Positions 1 through 7,556 of a stretch of 32,000 nt of DNA are shown here, piece after piece. This DNA is from an uncultured Acidobacteriota bacterium (GTDB lineage: Bacteria > Acidobacteriota > Vicinamibacteria > Vicinamibacterales > 2-12-FULL-66-21): NCBI GenBank assembly GCA_963816725.1, contig CAWFMC010000018.1, positions 431,977 to 463,976 of the forward strand, written 5' to 3'. A program made the translations under genes and the position numbers. How positions within the stretch are numbered: position 1 is the stretch's first letter; each line of letters opens with the position of its first letter. The notes beneath the pieces were generated by a model. It ran no database searches and had not been told where the DNA came from. It worked only from the letters and a program-made list of their open reading frames with translations.

Positions 1-1
1 G

Positions 2-487
2 GCTGACAATCCCGACTTCGAGGGCCGCGTGTCGGACAGCCTCAAGACGGCCAAGATCGACGACGTGAAGGCAAACTGGAAGGCTGACGAAAAGGCGCTG
101 CACCTGTCGGGTGAAGTCGAGCGCGCCGCGGACAAGGCGCGCGCCGAGGAGCTCGCGCAGCAGGTCGTCGGCACCAGCGGCCGGGTCGTCAACGAAGTGA
201 AGGTCGAAGGCACGAACGCCGATGACGTCGATCGCCGGATCGAGAAGGATCTGGACGCGTCCTTCAAGGAAGACGACCAGTGGGACAAGGACCATCTCGA
301 TCTGAGCTTCAGTGCCAAGGCCGGCGTCGTGACGATCAAGGGTGATGCGCCGTCCCAGGCGGCCAAGGACCGCGTCAGCGCCGCCGTCCGCAAGATCGAC
401 GGCGTGAAGGACGTGGTCAACGACCTCGAGATCAAGCCGGAGAAGGCCCCGGTCAAGGCCGATCGGGCGCCACGCGCCCGCAAGTAA
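2..487 (+). CDS. BON domain-containing protein (probably 5'-truncated by the window edge)
   Basis: Frame is open from nt 2; the ORF track starts at GTG 29. BON-like repeat AGVVTIKGDAPSQAAKDRVSAAVRKIDGVKDVVNDLEI and an earlier GRVVNEVKVEG segment. Confidence 0.7.
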   Translation, partial: ADNPDFEGRVSDSLKTAKIDDVKANWKADEKALHLSGEVERAADKARAEELAQQVVGTSGRVVNEVKVEGTNADDVDRRIEKDLDASFKEDDQWDKDHLDLSFSAKAGVVTIKGDAPSQAAKDRVSAAVRKIDGVKDVVNDLEIKPEKAPVKADRAPRARK

Positions 488-507
488 GCCCGCTCGCGAG
501 CCGGCGG

Positions 508-1176
508 TCAGGTGAGGAACGGATTTGTGCCCCGTTCCCGCCCGACCGTCGTCTTGCCGCCGTGTCCGGGCCAGACGACCGTGTCGTCGGGGAAGCTGAA
601 GAGCACGGTCCGAATCGACGTCAGCAGCGTCTCGAGGTTTCCGCCGGGCAGATCGGTCCGGCCAATGCCGCCCGCGAACAGCGTGTCGCCGACGATCAGC
701 GTGCGGGACGGATCCGCGTCAGTGCCGATCGCCAGACACACGCCGCCGGGGGAGTGCCCAGGCGTGTGACTGACCCAGGCGGCGTACTTCCCGAACCGCC
801 ACGGACCTTCGTCGTCGAAATAGAAGTCGATCGGCGGCTGCGGCTCCACTTTGAAGCCGAACGCGATCCCCTGCTGCACGGCAGCCTGGTACAGGAACTC
901 GTCGGCGCGGTGTAAACCGACCGGAACCTGCAGGGCGGACTTGGCTTTGCGCACACCGGTGATGTGGTCCATGTGCGCGTGCGTCAGCAGGATGTACTTC
1001 ACGGTGAGGTCGCGCGCTCGCACCATCTCGAGCAGTTGATCGACCTCGTCGCCAGGGTCGATGACGACCGCCTCCCGGGTCGATTCGCAGCCCACCACGA
1101 AGCCGTTCTTGCTGAACGGCGGGACTTCACGGACCTCGATGATCACGCTGCACGCTCCGGACCCGGCATCCAGCAA
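508..1176 (-). CDS. MBL-fold metallo-hydrolase (glyoxalase II-like)
   Basis: Zinc motif THAHMDHITG (HxHxDH), later HTPGHSPGG and GDTLFAGGIGRTD. The true start may be an internal GTG (VIIEV, about 1146). Confidence 0.85.
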   Translation of the reverse strand: MLDAGSGACSVIIEVREVPPFSKNGFVVGCESTREAVVIDPGDEVDQLLEMVRARDLTVKYILLTHAHMDHITGVRKAKSALQVPVGLHRADEFLYQAAVQQGIAFGFKVEPQPPIDFYFDDEGPWRFGKYAAWVSHTPGHSPGGVCLAIGTDADPSRTLIVGDTLFAGGIGRTDLPGGNLETLLTSIRTVLFSFPDDTVVWPGHGGKTTVGRERGTNPFLT

Positions 1177-1223
1177 TTATGGTGCACGGCGCGGGGCGCG
1201 GGCCTGGACGGTACAATGCGTCC

Positions 1224-1589
1224 ATGGTTTTGGTCGCAGTGGACGATTTGCTCTTCAGCTCGAAGATTCGGGCAACCGCGAAGCAGGTCGGCGTCGAGCT
1301 GGCGTTTGCGCGCAGCCGGCAGGAAGTGCTCGATCAAGCCAGGGCGCTGACCCCGCCGTTGGTGATCTTCGATCTGAACAGCGGGAAGATCGATTCGATC
1401 GCGGCGATCACCGCGATGAAGCAGGACCCGGAGTTGGCCGGCATCCGAACGCTCGGCTTCGTGTCCCACGTCGACGCCGGCGCGATCACCGCGGCCCGCA
1501 ACGCCGGCACCGACCAGGTGATGGCGCGCTCGGCGTTCGCGGCGCAACTCGCCGACATTCTCCTCGCCGGCGGAACCGGCCAGGCCTGA
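1224..1589 (+). CDS. single-domain response-regulator receiver-like protein
   Basis: MVLVAVDDLLF (acidic pair), VIFDLN (putative phospho-Asp), GFVSH. The conserved Lys position looks substituted (MARSAF). Start moved to ATG 1224 inside ORF 1179..1589. Confidence 0.6.
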   Translation: MVLVAVDDLLFSSKIRATAKQVGVELAFARSRQEVLDQARALTPPLVIFDLNSGKIDSIAAITAMKQDPELAGIRTLGFVSHVDAGAITAARNAGTDQVMARSAFAAQLADILLAGGTGQA

Positions 1590-2548
1590 TCACCCGGGAC
1601 GAGATTCGCGCCGCGGCGGACCGCGTCGCCGGGCGCGTGCTACGGACGCCCCTGCGGCACTCCCCCTGGCTGTCCGAGCTGACGGGCTCCGTGGTGCGCC
1701 TCAAGCTCGAGACCCTCCAACCGACGTTCTCGTACAAGATTCGCGGCGCCTTCAATGCGGTGCTCAAGCTCCGGGATCGGGATCGAGACCGGGCATTGCG
1801 GCCGGCGCTGGTGACCGCATCAGCGGGCAACCACGGACGGGCGCTCGCTCATGCCGCGCGTCTCGCCGGCCTGCCCTTGACCGTTTACGTGTCCGCGCAT
1901 GCCCCCCGGGTGAAGCTCGAGGCGATGCGCGCCGAAGGCGCGGACCTGCGGTTGTGCGATGACTACGACGCCGCAGAGCAGTCGGCCAAGGCGCACGGCG
2001 GCGCGGTGTTTATCTCGCCGTACGCGCATCACGATGTGATCGCCGGGGCAGGGACCGTGGGTCTCGAGATCGTGGAGGACTGGCCGGAGGTCGACACGAT
2101 CGTCGTCGCTATCGGCGGTGGCGGCTTGATCAGCGGGATCGCGATGGCCGCCCCCTCGGCCGCGATTGTCGGCGTCGAAGCCGCTGCGTCGTCGCCCTTT
2201 ACGGCGGGCCTGGCGGCCGGCCGGATCGTCCAGATCGACGTGCAGCCGACGCTCGCCGACGGCCTCGCCGGCAACCTCGATCCGGATACGCCGACATTCG
2301 GGATCGTGCGATCGAGGGTCGGCCGCGTGGTCCGTGTGTCAGAGGACTCGCTGCGCGCCGCGATTGGCGGAGTGGTGCGCAATGAGCGGTTGGTCGTGGA
2401 GGGGGCCGGCGCTGCCGGCGTCGCTGCCCTCTTATCTGGCGACGTCAGTGATCTGGGCGGTCGCGTGGCCGTCGTGCTGTCCGGAGGGAACATCGATTCG
2501 CACGTGCTCGCCGGCATCCTTTCCGAACGGAACGGCGGGCCGGCCTAG
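1586..2548 (+). CDS. PLP-dependent threonine/serine dehydratase (IlvA/TdcB family, catalytic domain only)
   Basis: PLP-Lys motif LETLQPTFSYKIRGAFN, SAGNHGRA, glycine loop VAIGGGGLISG. Homology begins at about 1589 (ITRDEIRAAADRVAG). The 5' part of ORF 1061..2548 is rejected. No ATG/GTG at the homology boundary; the next canonical start is GTG 1637. Confidence 0.8.
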   Translation: MITRDEIRAAADRVAGRVLRTPLRHSPWLSELTGSVVRLKLETLQPTFSYKIRGAFNAVLKLRDRDRDRALRPALVTASAGNHGRALAHAARLAGLPLTVYVSAHAPRVKLEAMRAEGADLRLCDDYDAAEQSAKAHGGAVFISPYAHHDVIAGAGTVGLEIVEDWPEVDTIVVAIGGGGLISGIAMAAPSAAIVGVEAAASSPFTAGLAAGRIVQIDVQPTLADGLAGNLDPDTPTFGIVRSRVGRVVRVSEDSLRAAIGGVVRNERLVVEGAGAAGVAALLSGDVSDLGGRVAVVLSGGNIDSHVLAGILSERNGGPA

Positions 2549-2564
2549 TCAGGAACCGAACCGG

Positions 2565-3530
2565 CTAGTGAAGCCACCACCAGGCGATGCCAGCGGCCAT
2601 TACTGCCGCCGCACCGAGCCACCACGCGCCGCGCCCGCGATCCTCTTCCAGCGGAATCAACGTGCCTTGGGCGCGGTCACCGGCCCGCGCGTCGAGCAGC
2701 CCGACAATCGCGCGCAGATCGGAAGCCAGGGCCGCCGCCGTCGCCGGCCGCGCATCGAGATTCTTGGACGTGGCGCGGGCGATCAGCGCGTCGAGCTCGG
2801 GAGGGACGTCGGGGTTGGCCGTCGAGGGCGCGGCGACCGACGCACGGGTGACGTTCAGGACGGTATCCGACGGCTTCGCGGCCTCGAGCGGATTCCGGCC
2901 GGTGAGCATCTCGTGCAGCATCACCCCGAGCGTGAAGAGATCGCTGCGCGCATCAGTGCCGCCGCCGATCGCCTGCTCGGGTGACAGATAGCCGGCGACC
3001 ACGGCTTCATCCGCCGAGAGCGAGTCGGGGGACACGGCCGCGAGTGCGCGCGCGGCGCCGCCCGCAGTCCACGGCACCATCCCGAAGTTCAGGATCTTGG
3101 TGCTGCCCTTGGGCGTGACGACGACGGTGTCGGGCCGCAGATCACCATGCACGATGCCGCGCGAATGCCCCTCGGCGAGCGCGTCCGCAACTTGCGCGGC
3201 GAGCTCCACCGCCCGCCTGACGCCCAGACGAACACCCGACATCTCCTGACGAAGCGACGGTCCGGCGGCGAACTCGTACACCAGGTAGCAGCGGCCGTCC
3301 TCGTCGATGACGTCGAAGAGCGCCGCGATATTGGGATGGTTGAGGGTCGTCGCGACCCGCGCCTGCTCGACGAAGCGGGCGCGCCGCCGCTCGTCTGATA
3401 CGAGATGTGCGGGCGGCTGCATCAGCGCCACGGTGCGGCCGATCTTCGTGTCGCGAGCGCGGTAGACGTCGCCGAGCGCGCCGCCGCCCAGCCGCTCGAG
3501 GATGTTGTAGTGCGCGACCTGCTCTGTCAC
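2565..3530 (-). CDS. Hanks-type Ser/Thr protein kinase-like protein, predicted pseudokinase, C-terminal membrane anchor
   Basis: G-loop LGGGALGDVY, SPE (APE) and DLFTLGVMLHEMLTG are present. VAIK is VALM, HRDLKPxN is HGDLRPDT, DFG is NFG. C-terminal TM helix AWWLGAAAVMAAGIAWWWLH. Confidence 0.8.
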   Translation of the reverse strand: MTEQVAHYNILERLGGGALGDVYRARDTKIGRTVALMQPPAHLVSDERRRARFVEQARVATTLNHPNIAALFDVIDEDGRCYLVYEFAAGPSLRQEMSGVRLGVRRAVELAAQVADALAEGHSRGIVHGDLRPDTVVVTPKGSTKILNFGMVPWTAGGAARALAAVSPDSLSADEAVVAGYLSPEQAIGGGTDARSDLFTLGVMLHEMLTGRNPLEAAKPSDTVLNVTRASVAAPSTANPDVPPELDALIARATSKNLDARPATAAALASDLRAIVGLLDARAGDRAQGTLIPLEEDRGRGAWWLGAAAVMAAGIAWWWLH

Positions 3531-3545
3531 CGGCCGCTTTCGTGG

Positions 3546-4289
3546 CTACTTCGCCGCCGGCCGGGACGGGCGCAGCTCGAGCCGGCTCGGAAGACTGCGT
3601 GGAGGAAAGCCGATCAGATCGATCACCGCGCGGGCGACGTCCTCAGGGGCGAGCTTCCAGTCCGCCCCCGAGCTCCGTCCGCCGAAGCCGGTCGCCGTCG
3701 ACCCGGGCAGCACGCAGCTCACGCGGATGTTGTCGCTCCGTAGTTCCTGCATCATGGCGTCGCTGAACGCCGTCACCGCGGCTTTGGTGGCGCAGTAGGC
3801 GGCCCCGCCGGCGAACGGCTGGGTGCTCGACAGACTGCCGATGTTGATGATCCATCCGGCGCCGCGAGCGCGCAGCGCTGGAATCGCGGCCCGGCAGCAG
3901 TGGAACAGCCCGTTGAGATTGGTCCCGATCATCCGGTTCCAGTCGTCCAGCGCCAGCGTGTCGACGTTCGCGAACGAACCCACGCCGGCGTTGTTGACCA
4001 GGATGTCCAGCCCACCGAACGCCCTCGATGCGGCAGCGACCGCGTTGGCTGCTTCGTCCGGCTTGGAGATGTCCGCCTGAACGGTGTGCACCGAACCGGC
4101 CGACGAGAGCTGCCCCGCGGCGTTATCGAGCGCACCCTGGTCGCGCCCGGTGATAGCCACGCGTGCGCCCGCATCAAGAAGCGCGCGCGCGATCGCCAGG
4201 CCGATCCCGCGCGACCCGCCTGTGACGAGCGCCACTTTGCCCGAGGCCGCGGATGTGCTCTGGCTTGGACTGCTTGTGGCCATCCCCAT
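3546..4289 (-). CDS. SDR family oxidoreductase (short-chain dehydrogenase/reductase)
   Basis: Cofactor motif VALVTGGSRGIGLAIA, NNAG, catalytic YCATKAA. Confidence 0.9.
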   Translation of the reverse strand: MGMATSSPSQSTSAASGKVALVTGGSRGIGLAIARALLDAGARVAITGRDQGALDNAAGQLSSAGSVHTVQADISKPDEAANAVAAASRAFGGLDILVNNAGVGSFANVDTLALDDWNRMIGTNLNGLFHCCRAAIPALRARGAGWIINIGSLSSTQPFAGGAAYCATKAAVTAFSDAMMQELRSDNIRVSCVLPGSTATGFGGRSSGADWKLAPEDVARAVIDLIGFPPRSLPSRLELRPSRPAAK

Positions 4290-4306
4290 TAGAATAATCG
4301 ACTCGC

Positions 4307-5149
4307 ATGCCCTTCATCGCGATCGTCGGGTGCGGTCCGCTCGGCGGCGCGCTCGCGCACACGCTTGCCGCACGGGATCGCGCGGCCGAAGTCCGCCTGA
4401 TTGATCCGGCGGCTGCGATGGCGCAGGGAAAGGCACTCGACATCCAGCAGTCCGGGCCGGTGGAGCAGTTCCGCACGCGACTCACCCACGCCGGCTCGTG
4501 GGCCGCAGTGGCCGGAGCCGACGTCATCCTCTTGGCAGACGATGGCGCGACGGGCCGTGAACACGCGGGTGAGGCTGGGCTGTCGGTGCTTCGGGAGGTC
4601 GTCAAGAGCGCGGGATCAGCGCCGCTGCTGTTTGCCGGCGCCGGCCAGCGCGAGCTGATGGTGACGGCGGCGGCCGAGCTCAGAGTGCCCGTCGCCCGCT
4701 TGATCGGCAGTGCGCCGCTGGCGTTGGAGTCCGCGGTTCGGGCGCTGTCAGGCGTGCTGCTCGACACCAGTGGTGTCGAGATCGCTCTCCGCATCGTTGG
4801 CGTGCCGCCCCGGGCGGGCGTGATCGCCTGGGAGGAAGGTAGCGCCTCGGCGTTGCCTGTGGCGTCGCAACTCGCAGCGCATCAGATCGCGGCCCTCAAC
4901 GCCAAGCTCCCCTCGCTGTGGCCGCCGGGACCGTACGCGCTCGCATCTGCGGCGACGAGGGTCGTCGAAGGTCTGCTCGGACGATCGCGGCGGCGGTTCT
5001 CGTGTTTCGTGGCGCTCGGGCGCGGGCCGCGGCGAGATTGCGTCGTGGCGATGCCGATCGAGGTCGGGCTGGAAGGGGTGCGACGAGTGATCGAGCCGAG
5101 GCTCACCCGCCAGGAGCAGACGTTGCTCGAGAACGCGATGGAGATGTGA
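4307..5149 (+). CDS. lactate/malate dehydrogenase-like Rossmann protein lacking recognisable catalytic residues
   Basis: N-terminus IAIVGCGPLGGALA...EVRLID...GKALDI resembles LDH-like MDH. Regions expected to hold the substrate Arg, the NP(V/M)D motif and the catalytic His (GxHG) are not recognisable. Confidence 0.6.
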   Translation: MPFIAIVGCGPLGGALAHTLAARDRAAEVRLIDPAAAMAQGKALDIQQSGPVEQFRTRLTHAGSWAAVAGADVILLADDGATGREHAGEAGLSVLREVVKSAGSAPLLFAGAGQRELMVTAAAELRVPVARLIGSAPLALESAVRALSGVLLDTSGVEIALRIVGVPPRAGVIAWEEGSASALPVASQLAAHQIAALNAKLPSLWPPGPYALASAATRVVEGLLGRSRRRFSCFVALGRGPRRDCVVAMPIEVGLEGVRRVIEPRLTRQEQTLLENAMEM

Positions 5150-5226
5150 GGGCACATCCCGGCCTTCGCCAAGGCTGCGGCCGCGGGCCGTAGCTTCAGC
5201 GAAGGTGTAGTTGCAGCGAAGGCTGG

Positions 5227-5850
5227 TCAGTTGACGGCGTCACGAGTGTGCAGCATGACGCCGCCAGCGAAGTCCGCGAGGCGTTCACGAAGTATCAGGC
5301 GGCCGCGATGGAGCCGCGACTTGAGCGTCTGCGGCTTGACACGCAGCACCGCGCTTGCCTCCTCCGTCGACAACCCCTGGATGTCGCGAAGAATCACCGG
5401 CACCCGGTAGACCGGAGGCAGGTGCGTGAGAGCGCCGATCAGCCGCTGGCGCATCTCGCCGCGCAGGACGTGGTCATCCGCGAGCGACGACCAGTCTGCC
5501 GGCTCGGCCGGTTGACGGTTCAGATCGTCCCCGGACGCGCTGGTGTCCCCTTTCTGCTTGTCCGCCGCGCGCGCCGCGCGGGCAGTCCGCAGCCTGGACA
5601 TGGCTGTATTGAAGGTGATGCGGTAAATCCAGGACGACAGCGCCGCGTCCCCGCGGAAGGCGTCGATCTTTCGATAGACCTTCAGCAGAACGTCCTGCGC
5701 GACCTCTTCCGCATCCTCCCAGTTCTTCACGTAGCGAAATGCAAGCTGCTGGATCCGTGGTCCGTACATCGAGGCTAGCTCGCCGACGGCTGCGGTGTCC
5801 CCGGCCTGCATTCTGCCGATCAGATCCACTTCTGAGTTCGACTGACGCAT
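5227..5850 (-). CDS. ECF-type RNA polymerase sigma-70 family factor
   Basis: Region 2 (EDAEEVAQDVLLKVYRKIDAFRGDAALSSWIYRITFNTAMSRLR) and region 4 (VILRDIQGLSTEEASAVLRVKPQTLKSRLHRGR). GGGGAGG SD upstream of ATG 5850. No adjacent anti-sigma gene. Confidence 0.9.
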   Translation of the reverse strand: MRQSNSEVDLIGRMQAGDTAAVGELASMYGPRIQQLAFRYVKNWEDAEEVAQDVLLKVYRKIDAFRGDAALSSWIYRITFNTAMSRLRTARAARAADKQKGDTSASGDDLNRQPAEPADWSSLADDHVLRGEMRQRLIGALTHLPPVYRVPVILRDIQGLSTEEASAVLRVKPQTLKSRLHRGRLILRERLADFAGGVMLHTRDAVN

Positions 5851-6109
5851 TCAGGGCCTCCCCGTGTATGGGACAAAACACGCGTTTCGCCGCGGTTATT
5901 CCGCACCGGGCGGCGTTTGCCGGGGTCCTGACCGCCGGTTCTGGCGTCACCGAGATACGTGTTCTCACAACTATTGCGCTACCAAGGGTTTACACGACAG
6001 CTCAGCCGGTTCACCCCGGCGCAAGATTTTTCGCGGAGTGCGACGCGCGGGGCCTACCTCGAGCCGGAGCGGCTCGAGTCCTGGCAGTCAGGGGGTGAAT
6101 CGCGGGCTG

Positions 6110-6275
6110 CTAGTCCCCTGGAACCGTGATAGCTGGGACAAGTCCCGGAGCGCGGCGCCCGGCGGGCAAGGCGAGAGGAGTGAGCATATTGGGCATATGT
6201 GAGCGACGAGCAACGCCGCCCGGCGGGATGCCCCGCCCGGGAGTTGTCCTAGAAATCACGGTTCCAGGGGACTAG
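6110..6275. mobile_element. MITE-like element: perfect 21-bp terminal inverted repeats flanking about 124 bp of imperfectly self-complementary sequence
   Basis: CTAGTCCCCTGGAACCGTGAT at 6110-6130 and its exact reverse complement at 6255-6275. Inner partial pairing (GGACAAGTCCCGG / CCGGGAGTTGTCC). Ends can be read as an 18-bp TIR flanked by TA/TA. No coding capacity. Confidence 0.5.
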
Positions 6276-6691
6276 AGCCAGGTCGGGCAGTGCGGGCGGC
6301 AGCGGCACTTGATGGTGTGGTCGCCGACGGTCGCGTAGTCGTAGGTCAGCTCTTCCCCGGTCTCGATTAGCCGGGACGCGCGGATCCAGATCGTCGTGCC
6401 GGCCACCTCGAACCAGCAGTTGGGGCGGCAGGCGTGATTGATGAAGCGGGCGATGTTGCCCCCGACGGCGGCGTCGCGGCTCCATGCGCGATTGATCCGG
6501 AACACCCAGATGCATCCCTGCTCGAGGTATCGCGCCTCCCGCGGCCCGCTGTCGCGATTGCGAATCAACTCGCCGGCGTAGTCGACGATGCGCGTGTTCT
6601 TCGTGATCGGCTCGGCCGCGAACACGCCATAGCCGTGCAACTTCGACCGGCGGCGGACGATCTTGGGGAGTGGCTTTGGCGCGCGGGGCAT
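6272..6691 (-). CDS. SET domain-containing protein-lysine N-methyltransferase (minimal, 139 aa)
   Basis: LHGYGVFA, FINHACRPNC (NHxCxPN), GEELTYDY, C-terminal Cys cluster CRCRPHCP (post-SET-like). Confidence 0.9.
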   Translation of the reverse strand: MPRAPKPLPKIVRRRSKLHGYGVFAAEPITKNTRIVDYAGELIRNRDSGPREARYLEQGCIWVFRINRAWSRDAAVGGNIARFINHACRPNCWFEVAGTTIWIRASRLIETGEELTYDYATVGDHTIKCRCRPHCPTWL

Positions 6692-6730
6692 CGTTGGGCG
6701 TTGAGCGCTGACTACGGGCCTCAGGCTTCA

Positions 6731-6777
6731 GGTCGGGCGTGGGCCCATTGCGTCTTCGCCCGACCGGAAGGTCGGGC
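6731..6777 (-). terminator. GC-rich stem-loops with mutually exclusive pairings between lipB and the SET gene
   Basis: GGTCGGGCG (6731-6739), CGCCCGACC (6757-6765), GGTCGGGC (6770-6777). The middle arm can pair with either neighbour (9-bp stem, or 8-bp stem with a 4-nt loop). No U-tract. Confidence 0.3.
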
Positions 6778-6827
6778 CTACAACATCGTGGCGTTCTGCG
6801 TCCGCCGAAGGGCGAAAGCGCTGCTCA

Positions 6828-7556
6828 TCAACCCCGCCCCCAAGTCTGAACGCCGGATCCCTGGTGCCCGATCCGTGGTCCCGACTCTGCCGTCTCGGCA
6901 TCAAAGACCTCGGCGAACGCAGCGATGACCGCGGCAGCCACATCAGCCATCGTCGGGGCCTGGCCGAGCAGGCGCTCGATCGAGGTGACGCCCTTGTCGA
7001 TAATCCCGCACGGCACGATGTAGCCGAAATGATCGAGATCAGTGGTGACGTTGAGGGCGAATCCATGGCTCGTCACCCAGCGCGAGATGCGGATGCCGAT
7101 AGCCGCGAGCTTGTCCTCGCCGACCCACACGCCGGTGAGCCCGGGCATGCGGCCGGCGCGGATGCCGAACCGCTCGACCGCCCGGATGAGCACCGCTTCG
7201 AGGTCGCGAACGTAGCGATGAACGTCGCAGCGATCGGGCTTGAGATCCAGGATGGGATAGCCGACCAGCTGGCCAGGGCCGTGATACGTCACGTCTCCGC
7301 CGCGCCCCGTCTCGACCACCTCGATGCCGTGGTCGCGCAGCGTCGACTCGGAAGCGACGACATGAGAGCGGTCGGCGCGCGTCTTCACGCCGAGCGTAAT
7401 GACTGGAGGGTGCTCGAGCAGGAGCAGCTGATCCGGAATGCGGTTGGCCTTGCGTTCCTCGACCAGCGTCTTCTGAAGCGCGATCCCTTCGGCATACGGG
7501 ACCACGCCGAGCTGCCTGACCTCAATCTGTCGAGCCGCGCCTTCGGTCAGAGCCAT
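6828..7556 (-). CDS. lipB: lipoyl(octanoyl) transferase LipB
   Basis: [53 protein letters not shown]. Start set to ATG 7556 (MALTEG), overlapping the E2 stop at 7547 by 10 nt. Confidence 0.9.
   Translation of the reverse strand: MALTEGAARQIEVRQLGVVPYAEGIALQKTLVEERKANRIPDQLLLLEHPPVITLGVKTRADRSHVVASESTLRDHGIEVVETGRGGDVTYHGPGQLVGYPILDLKPDRCDVHRYVRDLEAVLIRAVERFGIRAGRMPGLTGVWVGEDKLAAIGIRISRWVTSHGFALNVTTDLDHFGYIVPCGIIDKGVTSIERLLGQAPTMADVAAAVIAAFAEVFDAETAESGPRIGHQGSGVQTWGRG

Noticed and set aside
1061-1585. The 5' 175 codons of ORF 1061..2548.
   Set aside because: It overlaps the MBL hydrolase start and the whole receiver gene in other frames, and has no homology-like signatures. The dehydratase similarity starts at about 1589.
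5150-5226. Short repeats (CAGCGAAGG twice) and a 7-bp CCTTCGC/GCGAAGG stem between the convergent MDH-like and sigma genes.
   Set aside because: It is plausibly a weak bidirectional terminator, but the stem is short and has no U-tract. This is not enough support to report it as a feature.
5878-5902. An ECF-type autoregulatory promoter (GGAAT-N15-CGTGT on the minus strand) about 28 nt upstream of the sigma gene ATG.
   Set aside because: The -35 reads GGAAT rather than GGAAC, and the spacer is one nt shorter than the usual 16-17. This is too weak to call without a TSS.
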